Shown here one piece after another: positions 52,533 to 64,000 of a stretch of 64,000 nucleotides of DNA. The notes beneath the pieces are model-generated. The model did no database searches. It was not told where the DNA came from and saw only the letters and a list, made by a program, of their open reading frames with translations. The first letter of the stretch is position 1. Every line of letters starts with the position of its first letter. A program made the position numbers and the translations under genes. Source of the DNA: Trichinella spiralis (taxonomy: Eukaryota). Location of the stretch: contig NW_003526941.1 in assembly GCF_000181795.1 (NCBI RefSeq), forward strand, positions 4,684,425 to 4,748,424, given 5' to 3'.

Positions 52533-53810
52533 ATGGTACGTAAGCGTTGCAACAGTGTTCCGAAACGATGGCTGGAGTACAGTGCGCACGGTGGTCGAAT
52601 TCCCGACACGCCGTTCTTTCCGACCAAAGTGCCTCTCAGAGAGTGTATCAACAAAAAAATTGCAAAAGAATCTCGCTTTTCACCTTCAAATCTGCTCTTC
52701 AACGTAACCCAGCTCGGCTATACGGTCGGCATGGTTATCGATTTGACCAATTCCAATCGTTTCTACGACCCCACGTCGTCGTTCACCTGGTCTGGGATTC
52801 GGCATGTGAAATTGTACACCGCTGGCGGTCGACTGCCCGATGAAAATTTGCTAAAGTACTTTTACGCGGCGGTAGATTATTTTCGTGAAATTTACTACGA
52901 CCGTCCGGATATGGTCATCTGCGTCCACTGCAGCAACGGTGTGGAAAGAACTGGCTATTTCATGTGCCGCTATTTGATTGACCGCATGGCTTGGGCGAAT
53001 CGCAACGCAATCGATATATTCGGTCAACACCGTGGTCATTGTATTGAATCCCAACTCTACTTGGACGCACTGCTCAACCACTCACCGCCGCCCACACATT
53101 CGTGGAACTTGCCGTCATCGACGAGGCGTGGTCCAAATTCCCGCGAAAAGGCGCTAATTGCCAAAACCGACTCTTTCCAATATATACCCTGTTCGTACGT
53201 TTCAGATGTTGACTTGAAAAAGAAGCATTTTACAGACGGCAGAAGTGATGCAAAAGATGAAGCTTCTTCATCATCAGTTGCATTCGACAACAGCAACAGC
53301 AACTGGCAACAGCCGTATCCAATGATGGATTATTGGAGTTTCGACCGCCAGGCAACGCTGCTCACCGACGACAGTGTACCGGAAAAGCCGTCGCCGGCTT
53401 GTTCATCTTCGACCAGCGTTGCCAAAAATTCCACAGTTCCACCCGGCAGACTGTCGGAAAAGACGAAAATTTCCTCCAATCCGCTTTTCACGTCCACCAC
53501 CGCCGGCAGCAGTGTAATTATTAAACAAGCAACTGGTGGTGCACCAACAACAAGGTCGGCGGCGGCTTTGGATCCGATACCTCCGGCTGCGGTGAAATTG
53601 AACAAACCTACCAAGTCGTCTGTGGTCAGTTTCCAGAAAAGACCCACTGTGAACACTTGTCCACCAGTGACAACAACAACCGAGGAGAATGCAGCTGAAC
53701 CACCGTCGAAGAGAAAATTGGTTAGCTTTCAGTTGAAAAAGCGTCAAGCGCCTAGTAGCATAAGCGATCAAGTGAAAGAAGCTTTCAGCACTGCCGAATC
53801 CTCTCCTTGA
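52533..53810 (+). CDS. DUSP11: PIR-1/DUSP11-like RNA 5'-phosphatase with Ser/Thr/Pro-rich tail, single coding exon
   Basis: VPKRWLEY..GGRIPDTPFFPTKVPL, VIDLTNSNRFY, VHCSNGVERTGYFMCRYL (Cx5R), RGHCIE..YL. No guanylyltransferase domain, so not the capping enzyme. Likely ATG 52533; ORF is open from 52407. Confidence 0.78.
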   Translation: MVRKRCNSVPKRWLEYSAHGGRIPDTPFFPTKVPLRECINKKIAKESRFSPSNLLFNVTQLGYTVGMVIDLTNSNRFYDPTSSFTWSGIRHVKLYTAGGRLPDENLLKYFYAAVDYFREIYYDRPDMVICVHCSNGVERTGYFMCRYLIDRMAWANRNAIDIFGQHRGHCIESQLYLDALLNHSPPPTHSWNLPSSTRRGPNSREKALIAKTDSFQYIPCSYVSDVDLKKKHFTDGRSDAKDEASSSSVAFDNSNSNWQQPYPMMDYWSFDRQATLLTDDSVPEKPSPACSSSTSVAKNSTVPPGRLSEKTKISSNPLFTSTTAGSSVIIKQATGGAPTTRSAAALDPIPPAAVKLNKPTKSSVVSFQKRPTVNTCPPVTTTTEENAAEPPSKRKLVSFQLKKRQAPSSISDQVKEAFSTAESSP

Positions 53811-53959
53811 GTGATTGTTGCCCATTTGGTTTGAAGTTTCAGTTTTACATGTTTATGAAATTATTCGAAATTTTAATGACTAAGCATTGTCGTCATCACT
53901 TTTCTACATGTTCATGTTACAATATTAAAAATTAAAAAATTAAAAAAAATAAACGATTT

Positions 53960-56543
53960 TTACGTAAAATACAATTTTGGTGTCTTCAACAGTTTCAAAT
54001 CTCGATTCACAATTGCTCGATCAATCAAATCGTAAGGTTGCATCTGCTTCAAAGTTCCATAACCGACCAACGACACCCTGCTATTCAACATTCGATCCAC
54101 CGCACGTATCAAATCATCAGCTTTCAGTTTATCTGAAATAAATGAAAAATAAATAAACAAGTAAATAAATAAATAACGAGCTATTGTTTACCAATGTCTT
54201 CCAAAAATTGCAATGGTGATTTTCGAACACCGCTGCCCAAAATTTGCCTTGTCAAATCTTCAAATATCACCGGCCGTTGTTCCAAATTCATCATCAGTGA
54301 GCTTTTAATTTGACTTTTCGCACGATTCAATTCTTCCTAAAAATTTCAACATTGATCACTATTAATCTTGATCTACTGTTGAAATAAAACTGAAAAATAT
54401 AGGAAAAAAAACTACTCACAGTATGCAAATTTTCTTTCATTCTAAAAAATTCAGAACAAAGCACCGCTATCAGACTGTCAATGTGATTTGGATGAGCACT
54501 GGCACGAATGAAAAAGATTCCAGTATCTGCATAGCTGATATTGAACGATGTCGCGTTGTAAATAAAATGATGTCTAAATTGCACGATGCAGATGAAACAA
54601 TTTAATGGAAAGATAAAGTAAAAAAAAGAAAAAAGAAAAAAAACCAACCTACCTGTTCAACACATTTACATACAACCGAGTGTACATGCCTTTTCCAGGT
54701 CCACCGGCTGAAAAACTTCCTCCGCCACCCATCAGTGAATGGAGTAATGAAAAACAAAGGAAATCTTCGTCCATGAAAGAGCAGCTTTCAAAGCCCATCA
54801 CCACGTGAGCTAATTCGGGAAATGGATTGACCGACATAGTGATGTTGCTTAAATCTTTTTCAATCTATCAAAAAATTGTTCGGAAATTTGATCAAATTTT
54901 TTCGAATTCGATACTTAAATTGAAACGTGAACACAAATTTACCCTAATTTCACCTCCAGTATACTGTGCGGTGGATTTGTCAACATCGGGAATTTGTGGA
55001 AGCAACAATTCTGGTCTCCTCTTCCATACGGGAACATTTTGCTCAAAATATTCATTACACGCTTCAATCAGTTGATCATGATCAACTCCCACTCCTGTTT
55101 AGAATAAGAAAATTAACATGCCAAAAATAAAAGACTATTCACGAAAAAAAAGCAACCAAATTACAAACCTCCAACAACAATCCGATCTGGTGTATAATAT
55201 GTTTTCATGAAACTGAGCAACGTTTTCTGATCTATCTGAGCGATATTTTTCACAGGACAGAACTTAGGCAAACCCAAAGTGTTATCACGATACGCAGCCT
55301 AATTTGAAATAAATAATTAATTAATTAATTATTCAAAAGTTTTCATCTAAAATTACAGCATGAATAAGATCGTGCAAAAGATCATCTGGTTCCGGTTTAG
55401 TGTTCACCATTTCAATGTTCGATTCTACCACTTGTCGTGCTGTGTGTAACTAACAATAGTTGCAGCATTAAATTCATTGTATATATACATCATTGAACAT
55501 CAAAAATACAATACCTCCGAATCTGAAAATATCGGGTTGAACATCACGTCGGCAACAAATTCCAAAACAGGCTTGAATGCGTCAGTACGACAAGATGCAG
55601 CATAGATAATTCCATCTCTACAAATAAAAGATGGAAATTTTACAATAAAAGAAAAGCAAAAAAAAAAACAAAATTAACTACTTTGTGTGTTGACAATCAA
55701 CAATTGCGCCGTGTTTTTCCAATGTTTTCACAATTTCTTCTGAAGTTTGAAATTTTTCACACGACTGCAAAAAGTGCATCAAGAAGTGTGCACAGTGTCA
55801 AAATATTAAATAAATAAATAATTATACTGTAAATGCAAGCTTTTCCAAAAAGTGACTCGTACCACTTGGAAACAAAGCTTCATATCTACTGCCAGCATCC
55901 ACTACGGCTATAAGAAAAAAAACTTTTTGCATTTGACAGTGAAATTATTACATACTGTAACATCATTAAGTGATTCAATAAAATGATAATACTTGAGTTT
56001 CAATTAAAGAGTTTACACTGAAAGCCTGTTAATATAAAATAAATTAACTACCACCAATAGTGCAAAATTCTCCGTATTTTTTTTCCGAAGCTATTCTCAA
56101 GCCACTGTTCAATTTCGATATTTTCGCCTTAAACGGATCATCTTCAGAAACAACTGTCACATATGTTGCTTCAGGTAGACCAGAAAGTGGTACAGACAGT
56201 GGCACCTTACAAGCGTCAGGAAGATCATTTAAGTGCTAAAATGTTTGTGGAAATACAATTAAGAAAACTGAATTTTAAACAACATTTCAATTAAAATTTT
56301 CAAAGTAAACGTTACAATTTTTCCATTCATTTTAATGATTCATTTATTTCATATTTCATATAGATAACAAGATAATAATTATTTAAAGTGAGAGTTTTAA
56401 AATAATCATAAATAATTAATCAACACAATTACCTTATCATTGACAACATGAAGTTGAGGTATCGAAGAAAATGACTTGAGCACTGCAGGCGACGTGGCGA
56501 ACCTTCTGCATGAGAACGTGCTCAAACAGATTTTATGAAGCAT
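53960..56543 (-). CDS. PMPCA: Mitochondrial processing peptidase alpha subunit, multi-exon
   Basis: Targeting peptide [35 protein letters not shown]; glycine-rich loop [36 protein letters not shown]. Confidence 0.94.
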
Positions 56544-57253
56544 AGTCGAATACAAGCTTCTAAACTTTCTATAGCTTTATATGCAACCAAAATTCATTTT
56601 TTTATAAATTTGCTACAAACACTGCAACTCATGTTGTCTGTAATACTACACTCGGAACGGCAATTTTTGTTATAAATAAGTTGTAAATGCTTCAATGAAT
56701 AATAATAAAATTAACTGAAATAAAATTTAACACAAAAAATTACAAAGCAACATTACTTCTTAATTAAGAAAAACAGCCATCGTAACTTCAGAATTACAGT
56801 ACCCAATGTATGACCAAAGGTATAAACAGTTGAATATTTGAAATTTTTCAAAATTTTTAAACGTACAATAGAAAAAAAATTTCATTAATTTTATTTATAA
56901 ATAATTATAATTCTGTTACAAACATGCAACAGTTGTAATTGTACGAATCGCCTTATGTTTTGAAAATAGAAAAATTTTAACCATAAAAGAGAATATGATT
57001 TGCTCGACAGTCGGACAGTACAAACAATGAAGAACAGCAATTTGCATGGATTTTGCATGGAAAAATCGATTGCAGTTTCAAATCAAATTTTATGCAGCGT
57101 GCTGATTGATGTATGCAGAGAAAACTGATTAGGGGAATTAGTGAAATGTTGAAGAAAGATATTTTTTAAATATTAACAACTTCAGTGTAGAATTTACTTC
57201 AGTATATAATGAATGAATGAATGAATGATTGATTGATTGATTGATCGAATGAA

Positions 57254-58949
57254 TTATCCAAAACTTGCAATCGTGACCGCCACACCTGTCAGACCAATGC
57301 TGTTGGAAACGAAATCGTTCAACACAGGCAAAAGTCCATGAATTCCTTGTTTTTGAAAATAGATTTTGGCTCGTCTCATTCGATGAAGCATTTTTTCTGC
57401 CGCTGTTCTATCAGATTTTTTAATCAATTCTTTGACTTTCCTTTCCACTTGTTCTTCAGGCAATTCTTCCCATTGGAAGGTGACCTCTTCGCCGGTTTCT
57501 GGAAGTGTAACCCTTTTAGCTTCGACAACATTGAAATATTCCTTGGAGGGATCTTCGATCTCGAGAATGGTGAATTCACTCCACGCGTTGTCTGTATTTC
57601 TTTGGTCAGTGTAATATCCTTGATAAATCTGAAAAAAATATTTAAAAAAATACATATTTGAACATGTGAATAAAATAAAGTGAAATAAAATGAAATAACA
57701 ATACAATAGAGCTTTCTTTGTAGAACTTTTCCAAGGCTTCGAGAATGGCAGCTTCAGGAAAGATTTCTTTCATATCTCCGATTACAATCTGGTACAAAGT
57801 TGGTGGAAATACTTGCACCATTGGTTTTTTTACATATTCCTAAAAGTTTGAGACAATTTCAAGAACAAGTAAAATTGATTCATTTAACAGCTTATTTGTT
57901 CCTATAAAAATACGCTTGTAAAAAGACGCATATTTATGTAAACATTACTTATTTAAAACGAGCAGTATGATTTTTTTTTAAAAAAAGTGATTTTTACTAT
58001 CAAAAATGGTGCTTCAACAGTAGTTCGATTGCTTCTCATAACGTAATACTCTTTGTTGTTGCCTTTGCCTCTGAAATGCTCATTTTTTGCAATTTGGACA
58101 AATGCAAAATGCTACTCGATGACATCACTTACCGACTTATTATGGTCATCATTGCGTGATTTGGTCCCCAATATGCCAAAGTTCCGCGTCCACGTATGCC
58201 CGTTTTACCTTTAGGATTCAACGGCCGTCCGTCGGGAGCAATTTTGTACTTTTTCCTCACAAATGTGCGACGATCCAACTCGTCGTCGATCTCATTAAAT
58301 TTTATACCTTTGCTTAAAAAAATATAAAAAAATTATAAAATAAAAGCTAAAAAATATGCAATAAACAATGTCGGTGTGCTGAAACGAAAGCCCACGATGC
58401 TAACTAAAGCTGCTCAAAGGAGTCACAACTCTATTCGCATCACTACAACATCATCAATGTCCTATTTTATTGCTTGATGAGAAGTTTGTTTCCGCGACAG
58501 AAGTGAAATTTTTCATGCAAAATAAGTGTTAAAAGAACAGTAATTCAGTTATTTATAAAGTTGAAGTTATTTACCGAAATAGTAGTTATTAGTAAGAGAA
58601 AAAATTCTAATCTATTGACTGTATAACTCCGTGAAAAAGTGTAAATAAATGTGTAGAGTAAATTTTGTAAATAAATGTACAAAATCAAAAATCATGCTTA
58701 CGGATCATCAGGATCACATTTCCAATTTTGTGGACAAGCAGTATAATCAGGTGGAACATAATTTTCAGATTTCACTTTCCAGCGAGTTTCACTCTCAGGA
58801 ACATAGAGTCGCTCAATCTAGCAACAGGTACAATCAAATCGAATAAAATGTAAATTAAAACACAAAAGTTTGATTACTGTAGTTCCTGGATAATATTTTT
58901 TGTATAACAGATGAGAATTTGTCAGTAAAAACGCCGAAGCAAACAGCAC
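57254..58949 (-). CDS. NUDT9-like (ADP-ribose pyrophosphatase family) protein with degenerate Nudix box; first exon unresolved
   Basis: Spliced YPGTT|IERLYVP..W..YVPPDYTA..DP, FNEID..DRR..DGRPLNPKGKTGIRGRGTLAYWGPNHA and IYQGYYTDQRNTDNAW. Confidence 0.85.
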
Positions 58950-61900
58950 CTACAAATATAAGAATACACACTGTAGCGTTTTTACAAAAAAGGCAAATAT
59001 TATTAACACGTACAAATTGAACACAATAATGTTATTATAATTCAAAAATAAAAGATTTTTATCCGTCATTTTCTAAAAGGCAGAAAAACAAAATTTCCAT
59101 TTTTTGTGCAAAAGACAAATTCCCCCAATCAGACGCCTGTTTATTTTTACGATGTTGCATGTACGCTTGCCTACATATATATACATATATGCCTAATATA
59201 AAATCACACACACCTCGTACAAAAAATACATAATGAAAATAAATATTTTCTACATTTTATCAAATGTTGCATTTTTGAATTCAATCAAATTTAAATTTTC
59301 TTCATTTTCACTCACTGATTTCACATAGCAAAAAAACCAGAAAAATAATTTCATGAAATAAAATTGTGATGCTATTGGAAAAACCTTCATTTGAGCGAAC
59401 AAAAGCCAACGAAAACGTGAAAAATTTACCAGGAAGAAATTTATGCCCAAATGCATATTTGTGAAGAAACAATGGAGAAAAAAACGAAGAAAACTTCTGA
59501 ACTGCTGTCTTCTCTGAAGCAGGCTGTATTCAAATAAAACAGAAATCAAAATGGTGTAATTGGCAGATTACAGGCGTGAAATCGCTTAATATAGGTAGAA
59601 ACCGATGCTGAGAAAATAAATTTTCTTTCAATTTGTTTGAAAAACAAACAATTTAAAAATGTAATGTAATGTGAGTAAACTTATGAAATCACAAAACTGA
59701 CTTCATCTAATGACGAAAGACAAAGATTTTTTCAAAAAGCGTGAAATATGGATATGATTTGTTTACATTTCAAAACAAAGAATTTCACAGCTTACAAAAA
59801 GAAACATGCCCACTATTTTATCAAAACAATAGAAATTGTTTTTCATATGCAGTAACAAAAGCTTGTTTCGTTGCGGATTTTCCCAATTGGCGTTTATTAG
59901 AACAAAAAAAAACAATAATAATAATAATATCCCAAAATGTGCACGAAATTTGGAATGTCGTTCATGAAATGCAATTAGTATTGTTTAAATATTTATGAAT
60001 TTTCAGCATGAATTACAACTGACGTGTTCTATTCTATTAGTTATTACAAACAATGCAAAACAAGCACAGATTACAGTGCAATTGAGGGACATTTCTTACG
60101 AGGAACAATAAAATTAGCTGAAAAAAGAAATCAATATTTACAAAAATATACTCCCACCATAACTGCAAAACAATGCTCGTGACGATGCAAAAAATGACGT
60201 ATCAAAAAATTACAACATCGAATCGATCATTATCAAACTTTAAAAAAAATCAAATGCTTTCTATTTCTTTGTAAAATTTACATAAACAGGTGCATATTAT
60301 AATTGTGTAATGAAAAAAAAATTATTTTCAAAAATAACTTCATTTAAATTCCACAATTTCACTTTTCTTTCATGCAATTGGTTTCGAAACATTTTGTAAA
60401 GTCAAAATATTGGCAACAGAATTTCCCTTATTTCTTCACTGATCAAATTGGCGGATTCAAATAAATTACAGGATGTTTCATACAAAATTAAGACACTTTT
60501 GCAAAAATTGCACTTTCAATTCAACTTTGGAGGTTGAATAAAATTTTTGTCATCAATTCGACTTCATCTAATTTAGCCGATGGAATATGATAAATAATAC
60601 AAGTGACGTCAGCAGAGGGATTGACAATTCCAGTTGATACGAGAAAAAAACACTAGCCAAATCCACAGCCACATATACATGCAAGATGATCAATTCAATC
60701 AATTAGCACTCGCATAATTAGTTGTTCTTCTTATTCAAAATTTATGCAATTCGGTCAGGTAAACAATGCTGAAAAACTAATAACAACAATTTGACAAATT
60801 AATTTTACAATCTGAACATTTAGCATTAATTTCACATAAAATGTAGAAATTTTTGTACAACATTTCAAACATCAGGCAACAATTAATGCAAAAAAAAACA
60901 ATTGAATCACAAAAAGATTTACATTATTAAAAACAAAACATGGAAATTGCTTCAAAAACAAAATGGATCGAATGAATATGAATAATCTTTTACATATTGT
61001 ATAAAAGCAAAAATTTTGCAAAGCAAATGAATTATTGTATATATGAAAAATTACCAGAACATTATACATTGTGTTCAGTAGTCATCAAAACAAACAGTGC
61101 CAAAAAGAGACATAACAATCCAAATTTCAATAAAAAGGATTTGTATTCATTAAAATTTTACGTACATTAAAATTTACATGAAATTTAAAATTATTGAATT
61201 AACAACTGTATGAGCAAATATATATATATATATATATATCTGTGTGCGTGTTTGTGAAAAGAGACAACGTGCAGTTTTTAATAAATAAATTTCTCAACAT
61301 CGTCACAAACGCGTTTACAAAAATATATTTTATAATTACATGCATAAACGACGTGTAAAAGTGAATAGTGGAACAATTTGCCGTGGAGACGAACCACGCT
61401 TGTGTTGGTTTTTGTTTCATTTAAATTTAAAAATAATTATCTCAATCAAGAATGCTAATCTACGAAGGAAGTATTAAATTTTAGATTCACAGTGGTGGAA
61501 TTCAGCGTGATTTTCCACTTTAATATTTACAAGTAAAATATTTTTCATTTTTTTCCTCTGTTTTCATAATTTAATATTTTTCATTAACCAATTTAGCATC
61601 AATTTACTTTGAAAAACTATTGAAATGTTTTTTTTTCATATAAATCAAAAATACAATTAGTTAAATTAGAGAAGAAAAAATGTTACATATAAATAATACG
61701 AAGAATAAAGGGAAGAAGAAGAAAAAGAAGACAATTTAAAAATCCCCCTCTATCACAACAACAGACAAACGAGAGAGGGTATGCTTTTTCTACCTGTGCT
61801 ATGATTGTTGTGTCAACGATGCAGGCAGGTTGTTCGCTTTTGGTTTAAGCCTTTTCATTTTTACTTCAACATTCACTTGCCCGTCTGGGACTGATGCCGT

Positions 61901-62132
61901 GTTGCGGATCACGACCTGACGACCCTACGGGGAAATCAATCCGACTCGGTAGCGACAAGCGGTCATCAAGCTGATGGACTTGGATCGATCGGGGCGTTGT
62001 TTTCCGCACCGCATGATTGGTCCAACCAACCGAACACGAGCTGGCTATTTCCAAAGTTACAGTACACTTGCATATCGGTAATGAAAAGAGCTGGACAAGA
62101 GCAGAACGTCCGTGTACGCTGGTCAAAAGAAG

Positions 62133-62244
62133 ATGGCCTCTTCATTGGCAACGGATCAACTCGGCAACGGTCAGAATACCATCATGACCACCACTACCAC
62201 CACCAACACCCCGACTACCACCATTGCCCTGCATCAAGAGGACA
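62133..62244 (+). CDS. Possible first coding exon of a + strand gene (downstream exons not identified)
   Basis: GC-richer island; ATG..MASSLATDQLGNGQNTIMTTTTTTNTPTTTIALHQED followed by GTAAGT donor. The frame is ambiguous (a His-rich alternative frame is also open). Confidence 0.3.
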
Positions 62245-64000
62245 GTAAGTGAACATTTTTTCACCGATCCCATAACGCACCGCACAATGTCGGAATTCAA
62301 CTTTTTCCATTTCATAATTAGAAAATTGAAAAGCCCCTTCTCTCCTAAGCTAACAGTGCAGGGGTGGGGAAGCATTGACGCGCGCAAACTACCAGCAACA
62401 TCAAGTTGCCATATTCAATGAGTGAAATTCAGTCAATCCGACGCGTTTCAATTACTAACAACCCATTGCACCTATTCTCCTACTGAACTTGTGCTCCAGT
62501 GAAATCATGCAATTATATCCCACACCCTTTCCACAATCAAACTTCTGTTCAACATCTGACTCCACTAGAGGATGCATCATCCACTAGAGATGTGCATATA
62601 ATGTTCACTTAGCTGGAAACCCAGGGGTGTGAATTAGTGGAACCGTCAAATCAGAGAGGGGTGGGTGATTTTGCAACAGAACTAACTACTGTAAGATAAG
62701 AGCACAAAATAAGAGAAGCGAAAAAAAACAACTTATATTCCCTTTTATATTTTTCCACTATTAGAAGGAACACACATGCGTTTTGCAAAAACAATAACCC
62801 AATGACAAAACTCATATTTATAATGTTACGATAAATAATGATAAGACAAATAATGATAATAAACATGCCAACAGGTAAATCACAATTCACCAATCATTAA
62901 TGCCGAATGAAAATAAACATCTGAATTTATGCAATTATGAGGAACTTTATGATTTAACTTTTCAAATCAAAAATAGAAAATTAATAATTATGCAAAATAT
63001 CATCAATGAAATGAATGCCAGTCAAAATGATCACCACTTTTACGTTCACTTGGACAAAATTTAATTAAACATCAAACCCCAGCTGAGCAATTTTGAAACG
63101 ACACTTATTCAGTTTTTATGTAAATTTCTGAAAATGAAAATTGTAATTTCTTATTCACTGAAGAAAAATGATACTTTACGCGTGGGCAATTTCAGATGGA
63201 ACAATAAATGTAAATTGTCTTCATTTATACAGGTGCAATATGAATTTTATTTGTAATATTTATTTTAAAAATTTGAAAAATAAAGAATCATTCTCGAGGA
63301 AGAAGAAAACAACGCTCAAATACTTAAATTTTCGCTCATTCACACCTACTCTATTCTGTCAGATTCTTAAATCTTAATCCGTCATTCATCAGATTATGCT
63401 ATAGAAATTGAACAAAGCAGCAGCTGAACAATAAGCCGAAGTAAAGTTTACAATAATGCGATTAAAATATGAGAATTTCATTGACCATATTTGTTATTTA
63501 AAAGAAAAGTACAAATCTGATTCTATTTCATTGTGCAAAACATTTATACATATGAAGAAGAAGAAGAAGAAGAAGAAGGTAAAAAGTGAACCTCAATTAT
63601 CCCTTTTGAAAATTTGCAGAATGTTCTCTTTATCAGTGAATAATGAGAATAAATATCTACTTACTATTTATCAGGCTGATTCAAACGTAAAAAAGATCCA
63701 TTATTAACGTACACGATAGTCTTCATTGATACAAGAGCAGCTTGATGTCCATCAGGTAGATTGATAATTGCATCATTCAGTTGTGAACATTGCTTTGCCA
63801 CTGTATATTACAACAGCAGGAGAACATAATATTCTATGTTATAAAAAATTATATAAATTAAATTTCATCAAATTCAATATATACATATATGTGAGTGCGT
63901 ATAACATTTGATATACTAATTTATATAAATTTTTCAAACAGTAATGATCACTATTGAAATTTTAACAAATATGCATAAAACGCAGTTTATTTCATTAAAC

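Overview
Eukaryotic, AT-rich, gene-dense genomic DNA with short (~50-90 nt) introns and TTTCAG-type acceptors. It is most consistent with a clade I parasitic nematode such as Trichinella (inferred from composition, intron size and gene content; not verified by search). The first ~9 kb is gene-poor and repetitive (assembly gap, inverted repeat, tandem repeats). From 9.3 to 59 kb, manual splicing reconstructs these genes: a secreted four-Kazal protein, MECR, SART1/Snu66, ZNRD2/SSSCA1, paxillin, BNIP3/dct-1, CEBPZ/Noc1, RPB9, trehalase, an orphan secreted gene with a truncated tandem copy, DTL/Cdt2, a small Gly/Tyr-rich peptide precursor, Vav, a PIR-1/DUSP11-like RNA phosphatase, PMPCA and a NUDT9-like protein. 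The most striking structure is not visible in the ORF track: an intronless trehalase sits on the same strand inside the last intron of RPB9, and RPB9 appears to be in an operon with CEBPZ. Other highlights are an unannotated NLP/caenacin-like peptide gene, a Nudix-box-degenerate NUDT9, a P-loop-variant PIR-1, a two-SH3 Vav and two GC-AG introns in CEBPZ. All gene models were assembled by eye and lack transcript support.
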